A stretch of DNA of 64,000 nt. It comes from Parcubacteria group bacterium (GTDB taxonomy: Bacteria; Patescibacteriota; Minisyncoccia; Phycocordibacterales; CALRBT01). Each line of letters starts with the position of its first letter. Position 1 is the stretch's first letter. Shown here in pieces: positions 6,814 through 16,393 of the stretch. Where the stretch lies: contig CALRBT010000001.1 in assembly GCA_943354475.1 (NCBI GenBank), positions 23,807 through 87,806 of the forward strand, read 5' to 3'. A program made the position numbers and the translations under genes. The notes below the pieces were generated by a model. The model made no database searches, was not told the DNA's origin, and worked only from the letters and a program-made list of their open reading frames with translations.

Positions 6814-7494
6814 ATGATTTATTATGACAATGTGTCAAAGATCTATAAGGATGACTCCGTTATTCTTGATTCAATCAGTTTTGGTATAGAGCCAAAAGAA
6901 TTTGTTTCAATTGTTGGTCCATCGGGCGCCGGCAAGACAACACTCCTTAAGATGCTCATTGCTGAAGAAAAGCCAACATCAGGTAAGGTGTTTTTTGAAT
7001 CGACCGATGTTCACAACCTTTCTCGCTCAGATATTCCCAGGTATCGTAGACGTGTTGGGATGATATTTCAGGACTTTAGATTGATCCCCAACAAGACGGC
7101 CTATGAGAACATTGCCTTTGCAATGGAGGCAGCTGGACGAAGTGATGAAGAGATTCAGTCTGATGTGCCACACGTTCTTGAGTTGGTTGACCTCGCTGAC
7201 AAGATTTGGCATTTTCCTCATCAGCTCTCGGGAGGTGAGAAACAGCGTGTCGCTATTGCTCGTGCAATCGTTAATCAGCCAGATGTACTCATTGCAGATG
7301 AACCAACGGGGAATCTTGATCCGTTTAATACCTATGACGTGGTTCAAATTTTGCGGAAGATTAACGACCTTGGAACCACAGTTATCCTGACAACACATAA
7401 CAAAGGCATTATCGACTCTCTCGGCAAACGTGTTATCACGATAGAAAAAGGGAGGGTCGTACGAGACGATGCTGAAGGAAAATACGTCTTGTAA
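6814..7494 (+). CDS. ftsE: Cell division ABC ATPase FtsE
   Basis: GPSGAGKTT, LSGGEKQRV, ADEPTGNLD; adjacent to ftsX. Confidence 0.9.
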   Translation: MIYYDNVSKIYKDDSVILDSISFGIEPKEFVSIVGPSGAGKTTLLKMLIAEEKPTSGKVFFESTDVHNLSRSDIPRYRRRVGMIFQDFRLIPNKTAYENIAFAMEAAGRSDEEIQSDVPHVLELVDLADKIWHFPHQLSGGEKQRVAIARAIVNQPDVLIADEPTGNLDPFNTYDVVQILRKINDLGTTVILTTHNKGIIDSLGKRVITIEKGRVVRDDAEGKYVL

Positions 7495-7524
7495 ATTTAA
7501 TTTTTTATATAATCAAAACTATCC

Positions 7525-8463
7525 ATGTTTAAATTGAGCGCGCAGAGAGTACTAAAAGCAGGATTCGTTAACTTTTGGCGAAACGCCTTCGTCTCTGTTT
7601 CAGCAATGCTTGTGATGACCATAACCCTCTTTACGATGGGTTCTCTTATGTTTCTTGGGGCCGTGCTCAACTCCTCACTTCTCCAGATAAAAGAAAAGGT
7701 AGACATCAACATTTACTTTCTTACGAGTGCTTCTGAATCAAGAATTCTCTCACTTAAGGAAACAATCGATGCGCTTCCACAGGTTGAATCCACCACCTAT
7801 CGTTCAAGAGAAGAGGCTCTGGAGAATTTCAAGAAACGTAACCAAGACGATCAGCTCGTTCTCCAAGCACTCGATGAATTAGGGGGCAATCCACTTGAGG
7901 CGGTGCTTAACGTGAGAGCTAAGGACCCATCTCAGTACGAGGCGATTTATAATTTTCTAAAACCATACATTGTCGGCCCAACTAATGCCACTGAAATCCA
8001 GGGTCAAATCATCGAGAAAGCAAACTTTAACCAGAATAAAACATCAATCGAAACACTCACTAAGGTTATCAATTCATCTCGAACGCTCGGTACTGCAATC
8101 TCCATTATCCTTATCATTATCTCAACTCTAATTGCCTTCAACACCATCCGTTTGGCGATTTACAGCAGTAAAGATGAGATTGCTGTTATGAGGCTTGTCG
8201 GTGCCAGCAATATGTTCATTCGCGGGCCGTTCATTGTGGAGGGTTCGATGTACGGACTATTCTCGGCACTTTTTGTCCTCATCATTTTCTACCCATTACT
8301 CTACTGGATTGGTCCATATAGTGCAGGGTTCTTCGGAGGGCTCAACCTCTTTACCTACTATCTTCATAATTTCCTCGAGCTCTTCGTTATCCTCGTAGGT
8401 TCAGGAGTCATCATTGGTGCTATTTCGAGTTTCCTTGCTGTCCGCAAATACCTCTCTGCTTAA
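7525..8463 (+). CDS. ftsX: Cell division permease FtsX
   Basis: 4-TM layout, NTIRLAI..EIAVMRLVGA..FIRGPF. Confidence 0.9.
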   Translation: MFKLSAQRVLKAGFVNFWRNAFVSVSAMLVMTITLFTMGSLMFLGAVLNSSLLQIKEKVDINIYFLTSASESRILSLKETIDALPQVESTTYRSREEALENFKKRNQDDQLVLQALDELGGNPLEAVLNVRAKDPSQYEAIYNFLKPYIVGPTNATEIQGQIIEKANFNQNKTSIETLTKVINSSRTLGTAISIILIIISTLIAFNTIRLAIYSSKDEIAVMRLVGASNMFIRGPFIVEGSMYGLFSALFVLIIFYPLLYWIGPYSAGFFGGLNLFTYYLHNFLELFVILVGSGVIIGAISSFLAVRKYLSA

Positions 8464-8633
8464 AACTGGTATAAGCGGCGCACTTTTTTGTCACTACGTT
8501 GTTCATTTTTTTCGCCGTACGTTTAGTACGTCTACAAAAATAAACTTCCTTGTTCCTCTTTCAGCAGAAAGACCTCTTTGTTAAAAGACCTACTTGGTAC
8601 TGGGTCGAGGTGCATCCACTTATACCAGTTTTA
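8461..8633 (+). repeat. Stop-codon-anchored nested hairpin element C1
   Basis: 15-bp terminal IR TAAAACTGGTATAAG/CTTATACCAGTTTTA around a core with GTACGTTTAGTAC and GACCTAC..TGGGTCGA. Confidence 0.8.
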
Positions 8634-8779
8634 ACTAGAACTAAGGGTCGAAGTAATATAGATGGTACCCCCGCACGCTTCGCGTGCGGGGGTTGCTTGC
8701 CGAGTAACCCAATACCTCTTATAATGGTCTGAAGTTCGACAGTCTCTGTTTGGCGGATGCGCTAGTAATTAATTTTTAG

Positions 8780-10438
8780 ATGAAGAAAAAAAATCATAAA
8801 TATATTTTTGTTTTTGGTGGTGTTATGTCGGGCGTCGGCAAAGGGGTTGCCACCTCCTCAATCGGAAGAATTCTCCAAGCCAAAGGTTTCAAAGTAAATC
8901 CAATCAAAGTAGATCCGTATTTAAATGTTGATGCGGGAACCATGAACCCCACTGAGCACGGTGAGGTTTTTGTTTTACGTTCAGGACTTGAGACTGATCA
9001 AGATATGGGTAACTACGAGCGGTTCTTGGGTCTTGATCTCAAGAGTGAGAATTACATGACCTCCGGTATGGTCTACAAGAGTGTGATTGAACGAGAGAGA
9101 AATCTTGGCTATCGAGGCAAGTGTGTCGAGGCGATTCCACATGTCCGTGACGAGATTATCAGTCGTATCGAAAAATCAGCTGACATCAATGGTTCACAGA
9201 TCTCTGTGGTTGAGATTGGTGGAACCATTGGTGATTTTCAGAACGCACTCTTTATCGAAGCCGCTCGTGTGATGAAGATGAGTCACTTTGATGACGTGCT
9301 CTTCGTGATGGTCTCCTACTTACCAATTCCAAACAAGATTGGTGAAATGAAAACCAAGCCAACCCAAAACGCAGTCCGCCAGCTCAACTCATTTGGTATC
9401 CAACCAGACATTATCATTGCTCGCTCGGAGATTCCGCTCGATAAGAAACGTAAAGAGAAAATTGCTATTTCTTGTTCAGTCAGACCAGAGAATGTTATTT
9501 CGGCACCTGACATTGAGAGTATTTACGAAGTACCCCTTAATTTTGAGAAAGATAAATTAGGAGAAATCATTCTCGGATTCCTCAAATTAAAACCGCAAAC
9601 AAAGACAGATCTGGTCGCTTGGAAATCATTCGTCAATAAATTAAAGAATGCCAAAGAGGAGGTGAACATTGCCATTGTCGGTAAGTACTTTGACACAGGG
9701 GATTTTGTTTTATCGGACGCCTACCTTTCGGTGATTGAAGCGGTCAAGTTTTCAGCATTCCACCTCAATCGAAAACCAAAAATCAGTTGGATCAATTCCA
9801 AAGATTTTGAAAACGGTCATTCCAAAGAAATGCTTTTGGGCCTCAAGAAGTATGACGGCATTATTGTTCCAGGAGGATTTGGAGAGAGCGGTGTTGAAGG
9901 CAAGATTAAAGTCATTCAGTACGCACGTGAGCACAAGATTCCATATTTCGGACTTTGCTATGGAATGCAGCTTGCAACTATCGAGTATTCCCGTCACGTC
10001 CTAGGACTCAAAGACGCAAACACGGTTGAGATCAATCCAAATACAACCCACAAGATTATTGACGTAATACCCGACCAGAAGAAATTAATCGCTGAAGGAC
10101 GCTATGGTGGCACGATGCGTTTGGGTGCATATCTTGCGGTTCTCAAGAAAGGGACGATTGCACACAAAGCTTACGGTAAAGACATTGTCGAAGAACGACA
10201 TCGACATCGCTATGAGGTCAACCCAGAATACATTGAAAAATTGGAGGAAAATGGTATGGTATTCTCTGGTTGCTCGCCAGATGGCACCTTGATGGAAATT
10301 GCGGAATTGCCGCAAAATAAGCACCCATTCTTCTTGGGGGTACAATTTCATCCTGAGCTTCAGGCACGGCCACTTACACCACATCCGTTATTTACGGAAT
10401 TTCTCAAAGCAGCGATAGGACACAAGAAAAGGGGATAA
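8780..10438 (+). CDS. pyrG: CTP synthase
   Basis: GGVMSGVGKG, DPYLNVDAGTM, GLCYGMQ, QFHPE. Confidence 0.97.
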   Translation: MKKKNHKYIFVFGGVMSGVGKGVATSSIGRILQAKGFKVNPIKVDPYLNVDAGTMNPTEHGEVFVLRSGLETDQDMGNYERFLGLDLKSENYMTSGMVYKSVIERERNLGYRGKCVEAIPHVRDEIISRIEKSADINGSQISVVEIGGTIGDFQNALFIEAARVMKMSHFDDVLFVMVSYLPIPNKIGEMKTKPTQNAVRQLNSFGIQPDIIIARSEIPLDKKRKEKIAISCSVRPENVISAPDIESIYEVPLNFEKDKLGEIILGFLKLKPQTKTDLVAWKSFVNKLKNAKEEVNIAIVGKYFDTGDFVLSDAYLSVIEAVKFSAFHLNRKPKISWINSKDFENGHSKEMLLGLKKYDGIIVPGGFGESGVEGKIKVIQYAREHKIPYFGLCYGMQLATIEYSRHVLGLKDANTVEINPNTTHKIIDVIPDQKKLIAEGRYGGTMRLGAYLAVLKKGTIAHKAYGKDIVEERHRHRYEVNPEYIEKLEENGMVFSGCSPDGTLMEIAELPQNKHPFFLGVQFHPELQARPLTPHPLFTEFLKAAIGHKKRG

Positions 10439-10442
10439 AGAG

Positions 10443-10545
10443 AGGGTATAGGGTTTAGCTGATAGGGTATAGGTTTAAAATATTTTGGTTTATAGGCTCT
10501 GCTTTTGGTCTCCTTAACCCCTAAAAGCTATCACCTATAACCTAA
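10443..10545. repeat. Degenerate heptamer repeats with an inverted partner
   Basis: AGGGTAT-AGGGTTT-AGCTGAT-AGGGTAT-AGGTTTA, then ACCCCTA-AAAGCTA-TCACCTA-TAACCTA. Confidence 0.55.
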
Positions 10546-10552
10546 ATTGAAT

Positions 10553-10791
10553 TGCGGGATCGTCTAATGGTAGGAATGAAAAGCAAACTGCTTTGCTTTT
10601 CATCCGATTACGCGAAGCAGTAAATTGTCGTTATTTTGCGAGTAGGGCTGCGGGATCGTCTAATGGTAGGACACATCCCTCTGGAGGATGGTATCTAGGT
10701 TCGAGTCCTAGTCCCGCAGCCGTGGTCACAAAATAGACAATAGGTCCCTCTGGAGGATGGTATCTAGGTTCGAGTCCTAGTCCCGCAGCCA
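10553..10791 (+). pseudogene. Interrupted outer tRNA-Gln copy (5' part 10553-10575, 3' part 10745-10791 with CCA)
   Basis: Both parts are identical to the inner intact tRNA. Confidence 0.8.
10649..10719 (+). tRNA. tRNA-Gln (CTG), intact inner copy
   Basis: TGCGGGA/TCCCGCA, CATCC-CTCTGGA-GGATG, TTCGAGT T-loop. Confidence 0.93.
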
Positions 10792-10869
10792 CCATATGCT
10801 AAGTCAGGAGACTGACACGCATAGGCATCTATTCCGAAAATGGCATACCTGCTGAGAGCAGTATTCAAG

Positions 10870-10905
10870 ACAAAAAAGTCGCCCCGAAATAGGCGACTTT
10901 TTTGT
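10870..10905. terminator. Bidirectional terminator-like IR
   Basis: ACAAAAAAGTCGCC..GGCGACTTTTTTGT. Confidence 0.7.
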
Positions 10906-11102
10906 TATTCTATCGTTACCTTTTTATCCTTCAAAAATAGTTTGCTTTGTAAGCATCCCAGCAGTTCGCGCTTCTCAATCAGTGTCCCTTCTCTGAGTAA
11001 ATACTTTGTGTAATTTCTCACATCTACATCGATAGCGATTTTATCTTGCTTGTGTCCCAGAACTCCCGATCTAAGTTTGTTGAATAGTCTTATCTCCTTA
11101 TA
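10905..11102 (-). pseudogene. C-terminal remnant of a serine recombinase-family protein
   Basis: Own translation ..DVRNYTKYLLREGTLIEKRELLGCLQSKLFLKDKKVTIE*, recalled as the typical tail of CPR large serine recombinases; no start codon. Confidence 0.55.
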
Positions 11103-11120
11103 AAAGCTACACTTGAGTGT

Positions 11121-11696
11121 ATGAGTCTAACGAGCTTGCGAAAAAGGATAATCAATGCAAAAGAAAATGCTCTTTTTTTGAAGAAAGGATGGCATCCTAT
11201 CTACTCAGTAGATACGTCAGCAAAGATTCTCATTATAGGACAAGCCCCTGGGCGCATCGCACAGGAAACAGGTATCCCATGGAATGATAAAAGTGGTGAT
11301 AATTTGCGTGAGTGGCTAGGAATGTCCAGAGAGCAATTTTATGATAAAAAAATGGTGGCACTAGTTCCAATGGATTTCTATTTTCCTGGTAGCCTTGAAC
11401 GAGGCGACGTACCACCAAGAAAGGGTTTTGCTGAGAAATGGCATCCATCTCTTTTAAAGCAAATGCCGGACATAAAGCTCGTAATTCTGATTGGACAATA
11501 TTCTCAAGAGTACTATTTGGGGACAAAGAGAAAAGCAACCTTGACCCAAACTGTTCGCGCGTTCAAAGAATATTTACCAAAATTTGTTCCCTTGGTACAT
11601 CCGTCTCCACGCAACAATATTTGGTTAAAAAAGAACCCTTGGTTTAAAAAGGAAGTTGTTCCAAAACTCCAGAGCTTGATTAGGGGGTTGCTATAA
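11121..11696 (+). CDS. Uracil-DNA glycosylase superfamily protein
   Basis: IIGQAPG, PWNDKSG, HPSPRN motifs. Confidence 0.88.
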   Translation: MSLTSLRKRIINAKENALFLKKGWHPIYSVDTSAKILIIGQAPGRIAQETGIPWNDKSGDNLREWLGMSREQFYDKKMVALVPMDFYFPGSLERGDVPPRKGFAEKWHPSLLKQMPDIKLVILIGQYSQEYYLGTKRKATLTQTVRAFKEYLPKFVPLVHPSPRNNIWLKKNPWFKKEVVPKLQSLIRGLL

Positions 11697-11717
11697 AAAT
11701 GACAAAGTTCCTAAAAG

Positions 11718-11822
11718 ATAGGTCATTGGGGGAATGGAGGCTATGAGTTGAAATTTGAAGATGAATCCCAAATCGATGCAGTGATGAATCTTGTTCGTCA
11801 AAGTTACGAGTTCAATCGGTAG
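11718..11822 (+). pseudogene. C-terminal fragment of a DUF5655-like protein
   Basis: Own translation IGHWGNGGYELKFEDESQIDAVMNLVRQSYEFNR*. Confidence 0.5.
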
Positions 11823-11890
11823 CCTCTGGTTCGAGTTCAGGTTTTACGACAGTCATATGAGAGGTTCTGGCAACCGAGAGTTAATAAATC

Positions 11891-12448
11891 ATGGACTATT
11901 TACAAATAATTACTTTAACTGGAGCGGGGTCTATACTAGGGACACTTATTACCTTGCTAGTTCAGTATTTGCTAAAGAAAGAGGAAGAAAAAGAAAAATT
12001 AATTCTTGAATCCAAGGGAAATATAAAAAGAAATCTATATCTACTCAGAATGGCATATTATGTACGTTATGAGTGTGAAGTGGTTGCTAATTACTATGAA
12101 GCACTGCATTCAGTTACCGAAGAAAAATTTTTCCACGATCAATTATCTGAGCGTGTAAGTAGGTTGCAAGATTACTCTGATAGAATTTATAAAATATACT
12201 CTGATTTACATTTTGATTGCTCAAAAATTGAAAGACACCTTTCTCCTAAAGACATCGTCGAACTTTCAAAAGTTTTTGATATTGATAATTATCAAACTTT
12301 GATAATCAAAGATTCAAACCTTGTAAAAAGCGAGGACGAAGCATCGGCATATAAGAATCAGGCTCTTGAAGCAGTTAAACATCATGTTAATGTTGAAATG
12401 AAAAATCAATTTGATAATTTTTATAAAAGGATTGCGTCTAAATTATAA
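11891..12448 (+). CDS. Hypothetical protein, N-terminal TM
   Basis: 185-aa AT-rich ORF. Confidence 0.65.
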   Translation: MDYLQIITLTGAGSILGTLITLLVQYLLKKEEEKEKLILESKGNIKRNLYLLRMAYYVRYECEVVANYYEALHSVTEEKFFHDQLSERVSRLQDYSDRIYKIYSDLHFDCSKIERHLSPKDIVELSKVFDIDNYQTLIIKDSNLVKSEDEASAYKNQALEAVKHHVNVEMKNQFDNFYKRIASKL

Positions 12449-12630
12449 TAAAGCAATATAAAGGATCAGGTACCTTCGATTTCTAAACTCTGATTTTGTA
12501 TAGATACTGACACGAAGAAAATAGGGCCAAACACAACTTATCTAAATTAAAATGTTAAACTAATCACATAGTTACATACAACTCGCTGTGGCTTTACCTT
12601 GGCGTCAAAAAGTAATTGTTTATAAAATCT

Positions 12631-13062
12631 ATGGAAGCAAAGAATCAAAACAAAACAGTACCAACAAAAGTTTCTGTAAAAAGTTTCCTTGAATCAGAAA
12701 ACTTTTCTCCAGAAGAGAAGAAATCAGCCAAAGTACTCGTTGAGCTTTTCGAAAAAGTGACCAAGAAAAAATGTGTCATGTGGGGCAAGATTTTTGGTTT
12801 TGGACTGTATCACTATAAAGGTAAAAGCAGGGAGGGTGACTGGATGGCCACAGGGTTTGCCTTGCGTAAAAACGCAATCACTATTTACATAATGTGTGGT
12901 TTGGCATATCAAAAAGATCTCCTGAAAGATTTGGGGAAATATAAACTAAGTGGTGGTTCTTGCCTGTACATTAAGAAATTAGAAGATGTAAAGCTAAACA
13001 TCTTGGAGAAAATTGTAAAAACAGGTCTACAAGAATTGAAGAAAAAAAGTAAAGTAAGTTAG
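12631..13062 (+). CDS. DUF1801 (YdhG-like) protein
   Basis: MWG..IFGFG.YHYK..GDW..GF..LGKYK..SCLYIKKL. Confidence 0.8.
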   Translation: MEAKNQNKTVPTKVSVKSFLESENFSPEEKKSAKVLVELFEKVTKKKCVMWGKIFGFGLYHYKGKSREGDWMATGFALRKNAITIYIMCGLAYQKDLLKDLGKYKLSGGSCLYIKKLEDVKLNILEKIVKTGLQELKKKSKVS

Positions 13063-13072
13063 AAAAAATGTT

Positions 13073-13513
13073 ATGAAAAAAGCTTTTGACCCGCGCTTTA
13101 AACCAGATGTAACGCCAAAAGAAATGCTGGAGCTTGGTGTGTTTGGTGGATTATATTTTTCGGATAAGCCAAAAGAATTCCCAAAGGATTGGTGGGGGAA
13201 TGCCAAATTGTCACCAGATGGAAAACGACACAAGGAGCTGAATTATTTTGGCGTAAACGCGAGTCAATCACTTGCAATGTGGCAAGCCAAGGGCTGGATT
13301 CGTCCACAAGACCCACGTGGATGGTTCGAGTGGTACTGCCGATACTATATGGGGCGCAGAACGAGCGATGACGAACGACAAATTAAAAGATGGTTAGCTA
13401 TGCATAGACACTTAACACAAGTTAAAAATAGTTGTCGGGCGGGTGATATTTTTTGCCGTCCTCGTCAAAGACAAGCACTATTACATTGGGCCTATGACTC
13501 GAGAAAGATTTAA
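13073..13513 (+). CDS. Conserved hypothetical protein
   Basis: TPKEML.LGVFGG.YF, QDPRGWFEWYCRYY.GRR, RQALLHWAYD motifs. Confidence 0.8.
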   Translation: MKKAFDPRFKPDVTPKEMLELGVFGGLYFSDKPKEFPKDWWGNAKLSPDGKRHKELNYFGVNASQSLAMWQAKGWIRPQDPRGWFEWYCRYYMGRRTSDDERQIKRWLAMHRHLTQVKNSCRAGDIFCRPRQRQALLHWAYDSRKI

Positions 13514-13697
13514 TCTGGGAGGCTCCCGCTCGCACCTCCATCCTTACCGTACAATAAAGACTACTTGTTTTGAGAATGAATTTTTGAGCCGGGGTCGACA
13601 AACACGTTCCTGAGTATATACTGTTCGTGGCAGTTCCGATCGTGGAAGTGCGCCGTTAACCATAGCCGATGCCGAGAGCTAGGCGATTGGAGGATAC

Positions 13698-14348
13698 ATG
13701 AACAATAATCTAGCAGACCGTTTGATGCGTACTTTGCGCACAAACGTCGTCATACGTAGCGCCACAGGTCTAAATGACGAAGGGAACCCCATAAGCCTTA
13801 TCGAACTATTGTGCGCGCAATTCCCCAACGAAAAGCGCGACTGCGTGCCGGCACTTTTACATGTGAGATATGGCATAAGGCTGACCCGACACTCTTCCGA
13901 AAAGGATCCCACAGCAGCCGGAGCCACGCATCTGAATTTTCGTTACACTCTGCATCTTCCACAAGACCCCCACGATGTTTCTTCCGACGTGAAAATAAGA
14001 GAGGGCTTGGAAGAAGCACTGGGTAGGTGGTCAGGCGACATGCCGGAGTTCATTCGCCTTTCCACAGTTAAGCATGTGCTTGAGTGGACCACTATGGCAA
14101 AGGACTTCGTTCACATTCATACATACGCGGACGGACGTTCCGTGCGCACATGGGACCAGGTTGGCGCGTCACTTCTGTTTTTGGGAATGGTCGGTAGCCA
14201 CTTGGGGGAGTTTGTTACGGACTGTCGGAATGTGGGGACGTCAACCGACGACCGATACGCAAAAACTCTTTGGAGTCGGGCGCTAGGGATGCACACCAGG
14301 TACGCGGCTTTCCTGCACAAAGTGGCACAAGGAGTTATTCACGTATAA
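13698..14348 (+). CDS. Hypothetical protein
   Basis: 216-aa ORF, GGAGG SD, higher GC than neighbours. Confidence 0.6.
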   Translation: MNNNLADRLMRTLRTNVVIRSATGLNDEGNPISLIELLCAQFPNEKRDCVPALLHVRYGIRLTRHSSEKDPTAAGATHLNFRYTLHLPQDPHDVSSDVKIREGLEEALGRWSGDMPEFIRLSTVKHVLEWTTMAKDFVHIHTYADGRSVRTWDQVGASLLFLGMVGSHLGEFVTDCRNVGTSTDDRYAKTLWSRALGMHTRYAAFLHKVAQGVIHV

Positions 14349-14522
14349 GGGGGGCAGGTCCCTAACTAAAACTAACAAGTGCTCCTTAGCTACGAAATAG
14401 ATACCCGACTTTTGGCCGCCCTCACTAGGCGGCCTCTTCTTTTATCAAAAAAACGATAAAGGATAAGGGGATCAGACACCTTTAACCTTTACCGCAAAGA
14501 AAATAAAGATGGTATATTTGTA

Positions 14523-14648
14523 ATGAGAGTAACTATTAAAGATGAAACACTCTATCTGCTCATTCAAGATACTGATTACGGAAAGCATGCGCTTCGAATC
14601 GTGATACCAAGGGCTGGATTACAAGCATTTACTTTTACATTTGGATAA
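14523..14648 (+). pseudogene. C-terminal remnant of a DipZ-like redoxin
   Basis: Own translation MRVTIKDETLYLLIQDTDYGKHALRIVIPRAGLQAFTFTFG*. Confidence 0.55.
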
Positions 14649-14659
14649 ACAAAAAATAT

Positions 14660-15055
14660 ATGAACGACAACATACCTAAAAACGAAGAAGAGTTTAAGAA
14701 GAGGCTAACTCCAGAACAGTATGACGTCTTGCGACAAAAAGGTACGGAGGCCCCTTTCTCAGGAAAGCTTGTTCACCCTGATAAGGACGGTTTCTATAAA
14801 TGTGCTGCGTGTGGGAACCCACTCTTTAAGGCCGAGGCAAAGTTTGATTCTGGCACTGGTTGGCCGAGCTTTGATGAAGCCTTGCCTGGAGCTGTGAAGA
14901 ATATTGAGGACACATCGCATGGAATGAGGAGAACAGAAACCGTGTGTGGCGTCTGCAACTCTCATCTCGGTCACGTATTTGATGACGGCCCGACACAGAC
15001 AGGTAAAAGGTACTGTATGAACTCGGTGTGTTTTGAGGACTTTAGCGACAAATAA
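14660..15055 (+). CDS. msrB: Peptide-methionine (R)-S-oxide reductase
   Basis: [35 protein letters not shown]. Confidence 0.96.
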   Translation: MNDNIPKNEEEFKKRLTPEQYDVLRQKGTEAPFSGKLVHPDKDGFYKCAACGNPLFKAEAKFDSGTGWPSFDEALPGAVKNIEDTSHGMRRTETVCGVCNSHLGHVFDDGPTQTGKRYCMNSVCFEDFSDK

Positions 15056-15057
15056 TT

Positions 15058-15546
15058 ATGAATAAGAAAATAATACTCGCAGGTGGGTGTTTCTGGGGAC
15101 TTGAGGATTTGATCAGGACTCAGCCAGGAGTAGTCGGTACGGAAGTCGGCTATACCGGTGGTAAAAACGATAATCCAACATATGATAACCATCCTGGCCA
15201 CGCTGAAGCTGTGGAGATTGAATACGATCCGACAAAAACGTCCTATAAAAAGCTTCTAGACTTTTTCTTTCAGATTCATAATCCAACTACACTCAATCAA
15301 CAAGGAAATGATCGAGGAACATCTTATCGTTCGGCTGTTTTTTACGGAAATGAGGATGAGAAAAAAGAAGCAGAAGCTTTTATTGAAATTGTGAATAAAT
15401 CAAAACGCTGGAAGGATCCTGTTGTGACAGTGCTTGAACCTCTCGGAATATTTTACAAGGCAGAGGCATACCATCAGGATTATCTTCAGAAAAATCCAAC
15501 AGGCTATACCTGCCACGCTATTTGGTTCGATAGTTATCTGGAGTAA
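15058..15546 (+). CDS. msrA: Peptide-methionine (S)-S-oxide reductase
   Basis: [20 protein letters not shown]. Confidence 0.96.
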   Translation: MNKKIILAGGCFWGLEDLIRTQPGVVGTEVGYTGGKNDNPTYDNHPGHAEAVEIEYDPTKTSYKKLLDFFFQIHNPTTLNQQGNDRGTSYRSAVFYGNEDEKKEAEAFIEIVNKSKRWKDPVVTVLEPLGIFYKAEAYHQDYLQKNPTGYTCHAIWFDSYLE

Positions 15547-15638
15547 TGGCGGGTGTAACTCCTAGTTAAAAATATTTTTGATCTTGTATTAGGCAGCCAG
15601 TTCTGGTGTTTTTATGCTTTGTGTTGTAGAGTTTTTGC

Positions 15639-16382
15639 ATGTCTCCGTTACCCGCTAACACCTTTTTTGATATCAACAAGCTTCCTCAGGAGAAGGGGTT
15701 GCTTCTGTTTGGTTTGTCCATGAGTAAGCTCTCCAACAGACAAGATGCCGCCCACTGTATGGAGGATATCCATCATCTTGCAACGGACAAAATAAGTAAG
15801 CCTAATGTGGGTCTTAATTTTATCTACAGCGACTTCCTCTACTTGTATAGCGACAAACCAGCGCCAGAGCTAAAGCATTCCCTCATGAGTCAGGTGATAG
15901 ACCATCGGAACAGTATGCAAAAGCTGATTGAGAAAAATCACATGCAATTCCAAATTCAGCACGGCTTTAACTATATGGTCTGGAACCAACTTTATGTTGG
16001 CACAAAAGATTTCCACCGTCGATTTGAGGACCTTAAAAGGATCTATGCAGAGGATGAGAAATTCCAAAAATACCTTGCTGAGGATTGCGCTACATTTGGA
16101 AAAGAGATGGAAGATAATCAAGTTAACTTCTTTTTAGAAGAGGTGCTTATGATGTATTTGTTGAGCAAGAATCAGATTAAACTGCCAAACGAATATATCG
16201 AAGGTAACCAAAAATGGATCTTGTGGTGTTACCCTGGGCGACCCCTCAAAAGCGAAGTGTATATGCATCAACTCAATCCGTTTAAATTAGACTGGCCAGA
16301 AAACCCCTATCAAAACGCCCAATATGACTTAGAGGCAAAACAGCTTATTGATTTTACCAGAGTAGACTTAGAGACTTATTAG
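15639..16382 (+). CDS. Putative tRNA-dependent cyclodipeptide synthase-like protein
   Basis: GLSMS near N-terminus, IYSD, FFLEE, CYPG; size 247 aa. Confidence 0.5.
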   Translation: MSPLPANTFFDINKLPQEKGLLLFGLSMSKLSNRQDAAHCMEDIHHLATDKISKPNVGLNFIYSDFLYLYSDKPAPELKHSLMSQVIDHRNSMQKLIEKNHMQFQIQHGFNYMVWNQLYVGTKDFHRRFEDLKRIYAEDEKFQKYLAEDCATFGKEMEDNQVNFFLEEVLMMYLLSKNQIKLPNEYIEGNQKWILWCYPGRPLKSEVYMHQLNPFKLDWPENPYQNAQYDLEAKQLIDFTRVDLETY

Positions 16383-16393
16383 TTAGTCGAGAC

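Noticed and set aside
8550-8732. 60-aa ORF, and the N-terminal extension of ORF 51281
   Set aside because: The shared 'TYWVE.HP'-like peptide is simply translation of the family C repeat.
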